DNA from: a virus
Virus record (IMG/VR): IMGVR_UViG_3300032291_001597
Coordinates: 68,625 to 132,624 of that record
Reading direction: 5' to 3' (one strand)
Length of the DNA stretch: 64,000 nucleotides
The notes under the pieces: generated by a model
What the model was told of the DNA's origin: nothing
Seen by the model: only the letters and a program-made list of their open reading frames with translations
Database searches by the model: none
Shown: one piece after another, positions 55,249-64,000 of the stretch
How the letters are laid out: every line of letters starts with the position of its first letter
Position numbering within the stretch: position 1 is the stretch's first letter
Made by a program: the position numbers and the translations under genes

Positions 55249-55762
55249 ATATAGAAGCAAGAACTCTCTGAATGGAAATATCGTTCACGTAAACAATCGT
55301 TTAGCAGACGTAGAAAAGCGCAAAACTATCAGCACCTTGGGAGAGGGTGTGGTTGATTCTGTCGTAATTGGAAACGAGGCAGTTGGCACAGGTTCTATCC
55401 AAAAGCAGTCAATTACTTCTGACTTGATTGCTTCAGATGCTGTCGGAACTAGTGCTATTCAAAACTACGCGGTCACTGACCAAAAAATCTTTAGCGTGGA
55501 CGGCAGTAAAATAACTGGAACTATTTCTGGTGCCAGAATTGGTAGCGGTGTAAATGCTAACAACATTAGCGTAGGCACTCTCTCTGTCAGCGTTTTCCCC
55601 ACCACTGGCGTAAGCGCAAACATTATTACTGTCGGAACTATTGGTGCTAACGTCATCGTTTCTAACTCGGTTAGGTGGGGTGGCTACAGACTTATTGCGG
55701 TCGCAAATACCAACCCTGTTGGTGGGTCAAACGGCGACGTTTGGATTAAGATAGCGGACTAG
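55235..55762 (+). CDS. Minor tail/fibre protein
   Basis: Coiled-coil then short A.G.V.T..I repeats; ends with P.GGSNGDVWIK, typical of fibres. Confidence 0.7.
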   Translation: MASRRYRSKNSLNGNIVHVNNRLADVEKRKTISTLGEGVVDSVVIGNEAVGTGSIQKQSITSDLIASDAVGTSAIQNYAVTDQKIFSVDGSKITGTISGARIGSGVNANNISVGTLSVSVFPTTGVSANIITVGTIGANVIVSNSVRWGGYRLIAVANTNPVGGSNGDVWIKIAD

Positions 55763-55763
55763 T

Positions 55764-57947
55764 ATGGCAATTACTGGTTCCATAAGTTTTGTTAGTGCTA
55801 CCACTAGTAGCATTACTGTTTCTTGGTTTATAAATACCAATACCTCTGGCTTTATTGAGGCTGGTGGCTCTGGTGCTGGGCAGACACTTTTTGATTACCC
55901 TTTTGGTGCCAGTAAGCCAATCAGTGGCACTGCAACAGTTTCTGGACTAAGCCCTGGCACTTCTTATAGTTTCTCTTGGTTTGCCATTGACAGTGGCAAC
56001 AGTTTTGGTGGCGATTCTTACAGTTTTAGTACCGAGGCTGGTGCGCCCCCTTTCTTTCCACCGATTTTTATTGCACCCCCTGTTTGGACAGACAACACAG
56101 TATTCGGGTTTGCCGCCAAAAACGGTTCGTACTCTGACGGAGTATCAGCAACTAACTCGCCGACTTTCTCAGTAATATCTGGGTCCCTACCTCCAGGCAT
56201 ATCACTCAATACTTCTACTGGTGCTATTACGGGCACCGCCACCACGCTAGGAACTTATAACTTTACTGTTCAGGCGGCCAATGGTGGTGGCTCCATTACA
56301 GCCGCCTTGTCTATTCAAGTAATAGTTCCATTCAGTATTGGCTTTGGAAACATTACTAACGTCACCGAAAATAGTTTTTCTTTTGGATATATCGCTAGCA
56401 ACGAAGATAACGGCAGTTCCGCGACCGTATCTTTCTCTATTTCGCCTGCTGGAACTATAGGCGCTCCAACTTCCTTTACTGTCGCTGCTGGCGCGGTCGC
56501 AAATGGCACTAGAAATGTTACTGGTCTATCTGCGGGCACAACTTATACCTTAACTGCCAGTATGTCATCTGGTGGCGACACCATCACTGATACAGAATTT
56601 GTCACCACCACTACTCCAGCCCCGAGTTTTACAGATAGTTCTGTAACTTTTTCTGCAACTATTACTAGAAACTACAGCGACGGGGTTTCTGCCACTTTTA
56701 CTACGTCTTATTCTGTGGTTTCTGGCTCGTTACCTGCTGGTATAAACCTAAATACCTCTACAGGCACGCTGACTGGCACACCTACTACACCTGGAACTTA
56801 CAACTTTGTAATTAGAGCGACTGGTGCTGGCGGTACTGCTGACACTGGCACGCTCACAATTGTTGTCTATGGTGACCTAACTACCTTGATGAGCGTTTCG
56901 CTATTCAATCTGACAAACTTTTTAGATGACCCTTTTCAGGCTCAGTCTTGTAACTTTAGTTATTATGCGTCTAACGACACTACCATTACTGCCACTCTCA
57001 CGCTATCCGTCTCCCCCGGTGCGTCAATAAGCGGGGCTACCACATATTCTGTCGCATCTGGTGGCGGGGAAGTTGGACCAGACTTCAAAACTCTTGGCGG
57101 AATGGACCACGGTAGGCGTTATACAATAACTGCCACGCTAACTTTGTCTGGTGACTTAGGTACTGTAACTGACACCCTTGTGGTTGAGAGAATGAATTAC
57201 GTATTCAGCACTCCAAACCCCGGCATCAAAGACTGTCCTTACGATGATTTTGCTTTTGAAATTCTGTCATACACGCCAATTACTTACAGCATTGTAAGCG
57301 GGTCTTTGCCGCCAGGATTGAGTTTAGGCTCGCCAGTTCAGGATACCGAACTTTATTACACTCCGTCATACTCGGCAACTGTCTCTGGGACTCCAACAAC
57401 GGTCGGAACTTATAACTTCACGGTGAGAGCCACAAATTCTCAGTTCTATTCCGAAGTCTCTAGGCAAATCGTTGTCACTACCAGCGTGGACTCTGGACTA
57501 TTTTTGTCTATGTATAGTCCGTCTCAGCCAGAGGAAAATCCGCCAGCATCTGGCCTCTATTCTGCAAACTTTATTTTAGAAATTGATGCTACAGAGGTGT
57601 CTCAAAGTGGTTCGGGCGGACTATTAGAAGTTGTGGGAAACCCCTCTATTACTTTCAGCGATGACTCATTTGAGACAAGTCCTGGGCAGTTTCAGCAAAG
57701 AAATATAACTGTATCTGGTATGTCAAATAACAACGTCTACACCATCACCGCCACTATCACTATTGCCTGTTTTGAAACCACCGCTACTTTAGACATAGTG
57801 GTTGGGGTCCTGCCAGACGGCGTAGTCCACGTAAAAGTAAATGATGACTGGAAAGTCGGAACTATATTTGTCAACCAAAGTGGTACTTGGAAACAAGGCA
57901 ATCTTTATGTAAAAAGTGGTGATGTATGGAAAATATCTCGGGGCTAG
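55764..57947 (+). CDS. Tail fibre/adhesin with putative Ig (He_PIG-like) and FN3-like repeats
   Basis: Three SGSLP.G..L...G.TP...GTYNF repeats alternating with Thr/Ser-rich beta domains; C-terminal WK.G..YVK..D.WK. Confidence 0.8.
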   Translation: MAITGSISFVSATTSSITVSWFINTNTSGFIEAGGSGAGQTLFDYPFGASKPISGTATVSGLSPGTSYSFSWFAIDSGNSFGGDSYSFSTEAGAPPFFPPIFIAPPVWTDNTVFGFAAKNGSYSDGVSATNSPTFSVISGSLPPGISLNTSTGAITGTATTLGTYNFTVQAANGGGSITAALSIQVIVPFSIGFGNITNVTENSFSFGYIASNEDNGSSATVSFSISPAGTIGAPTSFTVAAGAVANGTRNVTGLSAGTTYTLTASMSSGGDTITDTEFVTTTTPAPSFTDSSVTFSATITRNYSDGVSATFTTSYSVVSGSLPAGINLNTSTGTLTGTPTTPGTYNFVIRATGAGGTADTGTLTIVVYGDLTTLMSVSLFNLTNFLDDPFQAQSCNFSYYASNDTTITATLTLSVSPGASISGATTYSVASGGGEVGPDFKTLGGMDHGRRYTITATLTLSGDLGTVTDTLVVERMNYVFSTPNPGIKDCPYDDFAFEILSYTPITYSIVSGSLPPGLSLGSPVQDTELYYTPSYSATVSGTPTTVGTYNFTVRATNSQFYSEVSRQIVVTTSVDSGLFLSMYSPSQPEENPPASGLYSANFILEIDATEVSQSGSGGLLEVVGNPSITFSDDSFETSPGQFQQRNITVSGMSNNNVYTITATITIACFETTATLDIVVGVLPDGVVHVKVNDDWKVGTIFVNQSGTWKQGNLYVKSGDVWKISRG

Positions 57948-57996
57948 GAAAAGATGCTAGGATTTTCTTAGCGACAATTATGGAGAGAAAGTATAA

Positions 57997-58467
57997 ATGC
58001 ATGAAGTAAAAGATGGGTCAAGAACCCTACAGTTTAATGGCGAATTACTTGGAAACTCTTCTTCTTGGAGGCGTGGCTCTACTCGCTGGATTGAATTTGA
58101 GTTGTATAAAACCGAAAGCGGTTCTTACATTCTTTCTAGGGTAGGTATATCTCTTATTTACCACGGGGCTGCCTGCCCTCTGGTAAAAAGATACGGACTA
58201 CAGGAGTTGTCGTTTTCTAAAATAATCAAGGATTCCATTCCTTGTGAGCAATGCCAACCTTCTGAAGAAGCAGATTTAGTATTTCCAGAAAAGCAAAGAT
58301 ACTGGGCGCAAGTAAGCGAAGAACCTGTCGCCGTTCTTGAGGCTCTATACAAATATGACGATGGCGGAGCACGCTATTTGACCAATGTTGCTCAGCGTTT
58401 GCTAGAAATGGCTTCAGAGAAGGACTCAGACATAGAGGCTGTTTATAGGATAGAATTAATACCTTAG
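57997..58467 (+). CDS. Hypothetical protein with a His/Cys cluster
   Basis: GGAG SD-like upstream; extended -10 TGcTAGGAT at 57955-57963; HGAAC..PCEQC. Confidence 0.8.
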   Translation: MHEVKDGSRTLQFNGELLGNSSSWRRGSTRWIEFELYKTESGSYILSRVGISLIYHGAACPLVKRYGLQELSFSKIIKDSIPCEQCQPSEEADLVFPEKQRYWAQVSEEPVAVLEALYKYDDGGARYLTNVAQRLLEMASEKDSDIEAVYRIELIP

Positions 58468-58478
58468 ATGTAGAAAGA

Positions 58479-58757
58479 GTGGCTATGTCAGAAACGCCAG
58501 AATCTCCAGTAGAGATAGATTTTAACGGAGACATCAGCCAGTTAGATGGTCAAGCAATTCATGCGTATGAAATATTTTCTTCTCTACAGAGAAGTGGATT
58601 TACTAGCCAAGACGCTCTAACCTTAGTAGGACATCTAATATCCTCTGGATTTATGGAACTATATAGACCAAACTTGTCTGACCCTAGAGTGCATTTAGAA
58701 CTAGAAGACGAAGATTATTTGGGTCCAGAAGACTTAGATGACGAAGATTTTATGTAA
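58479..58757 (+). CDS. Small acidic hypothetical protein
   Basis: Open frame between genes; SLQRSGFTSQDAL. Confidence 0.7.
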   Translation: MAMSETPESPVEIDFNGDISQLDGQAIHAYEIFSSLQRSGFTSQDALTLVGHLISSGFMELYRPNLSDPRVHLELEDEDYLGPEDLDDEDFM

Positions 58758-58794
58758 CAAATGAGTTATACTCAAAAAGACGATTGGACAAAGA

Positions 58795-60618
58795 ATGACA
58801 TCTGGTGGCTTAGAAAACGTTCAACTACATTTAGTTGACAACGTAGAAAAGGCTCAGAATTTCTTGCGCTGGCTAGGGGAGCGCAGACCGCACGAGGCAA
58901 TAGCAGTAGACATAGAAACTGGCGAACTTCCAGGTAATCCTCGCAAGGACGCTTTTTCTCCTTGGCACGGTCGTATGCGTTTGGTTCAAGTCGGAGACGG
59001 TGAGCAGGGCTGGTCTATTCCTTGGGAAGATTGGTCTGGAGTTTTTTATGAGGCAATGGACCGATTTGATGGTCAGATTGTTTGCCACAACATCGCGTTC
59101 GAGGCTAGGTGGTTTGAAGTTCAATCCCGCTGGTCTATTCCTTGGCACCGTGCCCACGACACAATGCTTATGTCTCAAATTATTGACCCGCTGGGTTCCG
59201 CGGCACTAAAGAAACTAACTTCCCAGTATGTCGACCCTAAGGCTGCTGCCTTACAAACTCATTTAGACAACTCGCTTGCCGAAAACGGTTGGACTTGGGG
59301 TACTGTTCCTACCAACTTTGAGCCTTACTGGGCTTATGGCGCTTTGGATACTGTTCTTACTATGAGATTGTTTGAGCAGTTTTGGAAGCAGTGCGGACCA
59401 AACACTCCTTACTCTATTCCTTACGAACTTGAGATGGCTACGCGCAAGATTGTCACTCGTATGGAACTTAATGGTGCTCGCGTTGACCTTGATTATTCTC
59501 AAAAGAAGTTTGATGAACTAAACGCTTATGGTGAGAGCGTTCGTCAGTGGGGGTTTGACACTTACGGAACATCAATCACTAGCAACATTCAGTTGGTTAG
59601 GTTGATGGAAAAACTTGGCGCTGAGATTACCGAAACGACTCCAAGTGGGCAGAAGTCAGCATCTAAAGACCAACTGAAAATGTTGTTGCGCGATGGTAAT
59701 GACGAAGTCAAGCAGTTGGCAGACATCGTGCTTAAGCAAAGAAAAGCAGACAAGTTGGCTAACACCTACTTTAAGAATTTTCTTGAGGGCAACATTGACG
59801 GAATTATGCACCCTTCTGTTAGAACTATGGGCGCTCGCACGGGTCGTATGTCTATCACAGACCCTGCGCTCCAAACCTTGCCTTCTGGCGACGCAACGGT
59901 TCGTCGTGCCTTCATTCCAAAAGATGAAGACCACGTAATTGTCTCTAGCGACCTTGACCAAGTTGAGTTTCGTCTGACTGCTAATTTGAGTCAAGACCCT
60001 GACCTAATCAATCTGTTCAACGAATCTGACAGAACTGGTGGAGACGTATTTACTGAGATTATGCGTCAGGTCTATCAAGACCCAACTGCCCAGAAATCAG
60101 ACAACCGACGCAAACTTATCAAGGGTGTCGTCTATGGAAAATTATATGGCGCTGGCGTTGCAACTATGGCGCTTACCGCTGGCGTTTCTGACGCGCAAAT
60201 GAAATCAGTAGTAGACGCATTTGATGGTAGTTATCCAGGTGTAAAACTTATGGCTCAGGCTATCGAGGACATCGGTATGAAACGCCTACGTGCTGAAGGC
60301 GCTGGATATGTAAAGACTAAGACTGGACGTCGACTGCCTTGCGACGACGACCGAGTTTACTCTTTGACTAACTATTTGATTCAGGCTAGTGCCGCTGAAA
60401 TCTTTAAGCAGAACTTAGTAAAACTAGACAATGCCGATTTGACTGAACTTTTGATTGTACCTGTTCACGATGAAATTGTTTTGAACGTTCCTAAAGACAA
60501 TGTGAAAGAAGTTATGGAAACTGTTCGTGAGTGTATGACAACTCGCGAAGGCTGGTCAGTCCCTCTGACTGCTGGTGTAGATGGTCCGTTCGAGAACTGG
60601 GGACAAAAATATGAATAA
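58795..60618 (+). CDS. polA: Family A DNA polymerase (3'-5' exo + pol, no 5'-3' exo domain)
   Basis: ExoI VDIET, HNIAFE; TGRMS..P.LQ; motif A SDLDQVEFR; motif B RRKLIKGVVYGKLYG; motif C VHDEI. Confidence 0.96.
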   Translation: MTSGGLENVQLHLVDNVEKAQNFLRWLGERRPHEAIAVDIETGELPGNPRKDAFSPWHGRMRLVQVGDGEQGWSIPWEDWSGVFYEAMDRFDGQIVCHNIAFEARWFEVQSRWSIPWHRAHDTMLMSQIIDPLGSAALKKLTSQYVDPKAAALQTHLDNSLAENGWTWGTVPTNFEPYWAYGALDTVLTMRLFEQFWKQCGPNTPYSIPYELEMATRKIVTRMELNGARVDLDYSQKKFDELNAYGESVRQWGFDTYGTSITSNIQLVRLMEKLGAEITETTPSGQKSASKDQLKMLLRDGNDEVKQLADIVLKQRKADKLANTYFKNFLEGNIDGIMHPSVRTMGARTGRMSITDPALQTLPSGDATVRRAFIPKDEDHVIVSSDLDQVEFRLTANLSQDPDLINLFNESDRTGGDVFTEIMRQVYQDPTAQKSDNRRKLIKGVVYGKLYGAGVATMALTAGVSDAQMKSVVDAFDGSYPGVKLMAQAIEDIGMKRLRAEGAGYVKTKTGRRLPCDDDRVYSLTNYLIQASAAEIFKQNLVKLDNADLTELLIVPVHDEIVLNVPKDNVKEVMETVRECMTTREGWSVPLTAGVDGPFENWGQKYE

Positions 60619-61081
60619 AAGAATGATTCTGGCTGTGGACCCTGGCAAGGCTAGCGGTATCTGCCTCTTTGAGTGGGATGAAGGTGAAGAGCCTAAGTTG
60701 ACTTGGAGCGGTGAGTATTTACAGCACCAGTATGCTCAGGCTATTCGTCTGGCTATTCACGCCTCGCAATCCTCTGGTGTAAAAATAGAGGTGGTATGCG
60801 AACGATTTACTATTAATGCCCAAACCGTGAGGAACTCTCAAGCGCCCTACTCGTTAGAGCAGATTGGTATTTTGAGACAATGCTTGCTTGATGCTGGCTA
60901 TCCTATGGACGACATTTCTTTTCAATCTCCAGCCGATGCTAAGGCTATGTTCTCTAACGAAAAAATTAGAAAATTAGAATATTGGCATAAGGGTGGCGAA
61001 GGACACGCACTAGATGCTATCCGACACGGTTTACTATACCTAGTAAAAAAAGGTTGGAATCCGACTAGACTTTTAAGGTAG
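60611..61081 (+). CDS. RuvC-like Holliday junction resolvase
   Basis: ILAVDPG, VVCERF, HALDAIRH catalytic pattern; ATG 60611. Confidence 0.8.
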   Translation: MNKRMILAVDPGKASGICLFEWDEGEEPKLTWSGEYLQHQYAQAIRLAIHASQSSGVKIEVVCERFTINAQTVRNSQAPYSLEQIGILRQCLLDAGYPMDDISFQSPADAKAMFSNEKIRKLEYWHKGGEGHALDAIRHGLLYLVKKGWNPTRLLR

Positions 61082-61151
61082 TTAGAGATACTATTGAAAA
61101 AAGTGAATAATCTTTTACTTTTTCTGATAGTATGTATGTAATGACGAAAGG

Positions 61152-62972
61152 ATGGCACCAGTGCCAGTAAATGTAGAACTTGCCCAAGATGGCGAGCGCA
61201 TTGTTATCAGTGCCGATTGGCGCTTCAAAGAATTATGTAAGAGTCTGCCAGGCTCTTCCTACGATGGACCTACCCAGTCGTGGTCTGTTCCTGCTTCTTG
61301 GTCTTCCTGCCTAGCCCTGCGCTCTACTTTTAAGAGCGACCTAGAACTAGGCGAATCCTTAAAGCAGTGGGCTGGCGAATTGAAGATAAATTTTGTAGAA
61401 CCTGCAATGGCGCTTCGCGATGTAGAGCACTTGCCAGACGGCGAAGGCGACGAAGACTTGTTCCCTCACCAGCGTGCTGGCGTAAAGTTTTTAGCAACTG
61501 CTAAGCGTGCTCTTTTAGCAGACGAGCCGGGTCTAGGTAAAACTGCTCAGGCTATTCGAGGCATCAAAGCAATCAAAGAGGCTGGAGAAGACGTTTTCCC
61601 TGTTCTAATTGTTTGCCCCAACACTCTAAAGAAGAACTGGCAACGTGAGTTCAATAAGTGGTGGCCTGAAGTAAACGTCAAGGTAATCAAAGGCACTCCT
61701 ATTCAGCGTCGCAAGCAGTTCGAAGAAGAAGGCGTAGATGTCTACGTAATCAACTGGGAGTCGCTACGCACTCACTCACGTTTAGCACCTTACGGCTCTA
61801 TCGCTTTGGCGCGTTGCCCTGAATGTAAAGGCCACGACGAGCGCGTCACTATCAACAAGTGTGAAGTGCACGAGCGTGAACTGAACAAGATTGATTTCAA
61901 GGCTGTAGTTGCTGACGAGATGCACCGCTCAAAGGACCCAAAGTCGAAGCAGACTCGCGCTCTATGGGCTGCGTCAGGTGACGCTGGAATTAGATTTGCC
62001 CTAACTGGGACTCCAATCGCTAATAACGTGCTGGACCTATGGGCAATTCTTCACTGGATTTCTCCAAAGAACTGGCCTAGCAAAACTAAGTGGATTGACC
62101 GAATGGTCAGCACGATGCTAAATGCTTTTGGCGGAATGATGGTTCTTGGTCTCAAGCCAGAGATGGAAGCCGAATTCCACGCTACGGTTGACCCGCACAT
62201 GAGACGTATGCTCAAGGCAAATGTTCTGCCTTGGTTACCTCCTGTAATCAACGAGCGTCGCGACGTAGAGATGTCTACTAAGCAAAAGAAGGCTTATGAC
62301 CAGATGCGTGACCACATGATTGCTGAACTCGAGGGAAGCGGTCCAGTAGTAGCGCCTAGCGTTCTTACTCAAACCACTCGCCTACACCAATTCGCTAGTT
62401 CATATGCGGAAATGGTTGTCGATGAATCGACTGGTGACCAAAAGGCTATTTTGTCAGACCCCTCTTGTAAAATCGATGCTCTTATGGATGATATCGATAA
62501 CGGCGACTTCGGTGACGACTCGGTAGCGGTTTGCGCTGTGTCTCGCCAGTTGCTTGAACTTCTAAGTGCTCGACTTGAGAAAGCCAAGATTCCTCACGGA
62601 ATGATTACTGGTGCTCAGAACGAAGACGAGCGCCAGAAGGCTATCGATGATTTCCAGTCTGGTCGTATCAAGTGGATTCTATTCACTGACAAGGCTGGTG
62701 GTGTTGGTGTCACTCTGACAGCAGCGCGTCAATTGGTGATGCTACAGCGCCCTTGGTCTCTTGTTGACCACAAACAAGCACTGGACCGCGTCCACCGCAT
62801 TGGCTCTGAGATTCACGACTCTATTCTTATTCTTGACTACGTAACTGAGGGAACTATCGAAGAGCGCGTGATTCAAGTATTGGAAACTAAGGCAGAAAAC
62901 TTCGAGCAGATTGTTAACGATAAATCTCGTTTGCTCCAGTTGCTAAAAGACGACAAGGCAGGTAATCTGTAA
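61152..62972 (+). CDS. SNF2-family helicase/translocase
   Basis: LLADEPGLGKT, VVADEMH, ALTGTP.N, GGVGVTLTAA, QALDRVHRIG. Confidence 0.95.
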   Translation: MAPVPVNVELAQDGERIVISADWRFKELCKSLPGSSYDGPTQSWSVPASWSSCLALRSTFKSDLELGESLKQWAGELKINFVEPAMALRDVEHLPDGEGDEDLFPHQRAGVKFLATAKRALLADEPGLGKTAQAIRGIKAIKEAGEDVFPVLIVCPNTLKKNWQREFNKWWPEVNVKVIKGTPIQRRKQFEEEGVDVYVINWESLRTHSRLAPYGSIALARCPECKGHDERVTINKCEVHERELNKIDFKAVVADEMHRSKDPKSKQTRALWAASGDAGIRFALTGTPIANNVLDLWAILHWISPKNWPSKTKWIDRMVSTMLNAFGGMMVLGLKPEMEAEFHATVDPHMRRMLKANVLPWLPPVINERRDVEMSTKQKKAYDQMRDHMIAELEGSGPVVAPSVLTQTTRLHQFASSYAEMVVDESTGDQKAILSDPSCKIDALMDDIDNGDFGDDSVAVCAVSRQLLELLSARLEKAKIPHGMITGAQNEDERQKAIDDFQSGRIKWILFTDKAGGVGVTLTAARQLVMLQRPWSLVDHKQALDRVHRIGSEIHDSILILDYVTEGTIEERVIQVLETKAENFEQIVNDKSRLLQLLKDDKAGNL

Positions 62973-62974
62973 TT

Positions 62975-63949
62975 ATGAATGACGTAACTACTACACCAGA
63001 GGTTGAGGCAGAACGCCCATACACTCTGTCTAACTCAGAGATTCAGGTATTCAAGGACTGCCGTCGCAAGTGGTGGCTCAACTATTACCGACGTCTACAG
63101 CCACGCACTAAGCAGTTCACTGGAGCGTTGGCACTTGGTTCTCGTATCCACGAGGCTCTTGACCAGTACTACTCTTCTGACATGACTAAGGACTTGCTAG
63201 AGGTCCACTCTCAGTTGGTTGCCATCGATATGGCAAAGATGATGGCTGAGTTCCGTGACACTCACGACCTTGAGGCTGAGGCTGAACTTGGTCGCATTAT
63301 GCTCGAAGGCTATCTACAGTGGATGGATGAAGAAGGTATCGACTCTAACCTAGAGAAGATTTCTAACGAAGAGATTATCTCTATGCCATTGTTTGATGGC
63401 AAGGTAGTTCTCCAAGGAAAACTAGATATGCGTGTTCGTCGCAAGAACGATGGCGTGCGTATGTTCCGTGACTTCAAGACTGTTGGTGGTTCGTTCTCGG
63501 ACTTTGCTAATCAGGCTCAGATGAATGAGCAGATTATGACTTATATGCTTCTAGAGTCTGCTCAGAACAGCGTTCCTGGTGAACGCTCTGAGGGTGGCAT
63601 CTTTACTATGCTCAAAAAGGTAAAGCGCACGGCTAACGCTAAGCCTCCTTTTTATGAGCAGATTGAAGTTCGTCACAACATCTTTACAATGCGTTCTTTC
63701 TGGCAGCGAATCCACGGAACTATTTCGGATTTGCTTGCTGTGAAAAAAGGTCTCGACGAAGGTGGAGACCCTAACTTCCTTGCTTACCCAAGTCCGGGTA
63801 AAGACTGCAAATGGAAGTGCCAGTTCTACACTGTTTGCCCGCTAATTGACGACGGAAGCGCCGCCGAAGCAGCAATCAGTGAGATGTATGAGGTCGCCGA
63901 CCCATATGGATATTACGGAAAAGACGAAGAAAAGAAAGGTAGTGAGTAA
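62975..63949 (+). CDS. PD-(D/E)XK exonuclease, Cas4/AddB-like with 4 Cys
   Basis: SNSEIQVFKDCRRKW, GKLD..DFKT, Q..Y, CKWKCQFYTVC. Confidence 0.88.
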   Translation: MNDVTTTPEVEAERPYTLSNSEIQVFKDCRRKWWLNYYRRLQPRTKQFTGALALGSRIHEALDQYYSSDMTKDLLEVHSQLVAIDMAKMMAEFRDTHDLEAEAELGRIMLEGYLQWMDEEGIDSNLEKISNEEIISMPLFDGKVVLQGKLDMRVRRKNDGVRMFRDFKTVGGSFSDFANQAQMNEQIMTYMLLESAQNSVPGERSEGGIFTMLKKVKRTANAKPPFYEQIEVRHNIFTMRSFWQRIHGTISDLLAVKKGLDEGGDPNFLAYPSPGKDCKWKCQFYTVCPLIDDGSAAEAAISEMYEVADPYGYYGKDEEKKGSE

Positions 63950-63951
63950 GC

Positions 63952-64000
63952 ATGTCAGATGTACAGCGTTCACTAACTCTTATGGTCTATGGCGAGTCAA
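63952..64000 (+). CDS. 5' end of a probable AAA/Sak4-like ATPase (truncated by the window)
   Basis: MSDVQRSLTLMVYGES resembles the lead-in to a Walker A; typical neighbour of Cas4-like exonucleases. Confidence 0.5.
   Translation, partial: MSDVQRSLTLMVYGES

Larger units (their letters stand above)
1..64000 (+). mobile_element. Segment of a large tailed dsDNA phage genome (siphovirus-type, probably actinobacterial host)
   Basis: Terminase, portal, protease, capsid, tail tube, chaperone, tape measure, Dit/Tal and replication genes in canonical order; no host housekeeping genes, no integrase in the window. Confidence 0.97.

Noticed and set aside
62975-63949. Cas4-like nuclease as a sign of a CRISPR system
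   Set aside because: No cas1/cas2 or repeat-spacer array in the window; its context (helicase, AAA ATPase) is a standard phage recombination module.
1-64000. Stop-codon reassignment, tRNA genes, integrase, reverse transcriptase/DGR, tail sheath
   Set aside because: Very long ORFs are open in the standard code and all three stops end genes; no cloverleaf, tyrosine/serine recombinase, YxDD RT or sheath motifs were recognised by eye.

Overview
The whole 64-kb window is one continuous stretch of a large tailed dsDNA bacteriophage genome with siphovirus-type morphogenesis genes and no tail sheath. An actinobacterial host is inferred from the portal, protease, capsid and DUF1360 gene types, probable leaderless starts and frequent TTG/GTG starts. 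No integrase, tRNA or CRISPR array was seen. Layout: (1) 1-4.9 kb, accessory region with many tiny membrane proteins, an HDAC-family deacetylase, a peptidoglycan-binding protein, a tandem-HTH protein and DUF3846. (2) 5-8.9 kb, terminase large subunit, a reverse-strand CX5R phosphatase, an ~810-bp non-coding gap with helically phased A/T tracts, and a second tandem-HTH paralogue. (3) 9-42 kb, a greatly expanded head module: portal, Dps, two giant polyvalent proteins (2256 and 4394 aa), a 1776-aa protease polyprotein, major capsid protein and a decoration-like protein. The giants carry ART-like, kinase-like, NUDIX, DEDDh exonuclease, HExxH, GNAT-like and DUF3626-like domains. (4) 42-58 kb, tail genes. 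(5) 58-64 kb, replication and recombination genes (family A polymerase, RuvC-like, SNF2 helicase, Cas4-like nuclease, start of an AAA ATPase). The best candidate for an undescribed system is a virion-packaged enzyme cargo cassette. The giants and the protease polyprotein share a Q-x-R-D-x-x-G-[RKL]-[FW] tag and [LIV]-x-A-[ASGC] putative maturation sites. Their putative writer domains (acetyltransferase, kinase, ADP-ribosyltransferase) have matching candidate erasers in the same window (deacetylase, phosphatase, NUDIX). Other notable items are a tripartite DNA motif repeated three times with identical spacing and a Russian-doll nested domain array in the tail hub protein. All family assignments come from motif recognition by eye, not database searches. 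Domain coordinates inside large ORFs are approximate.
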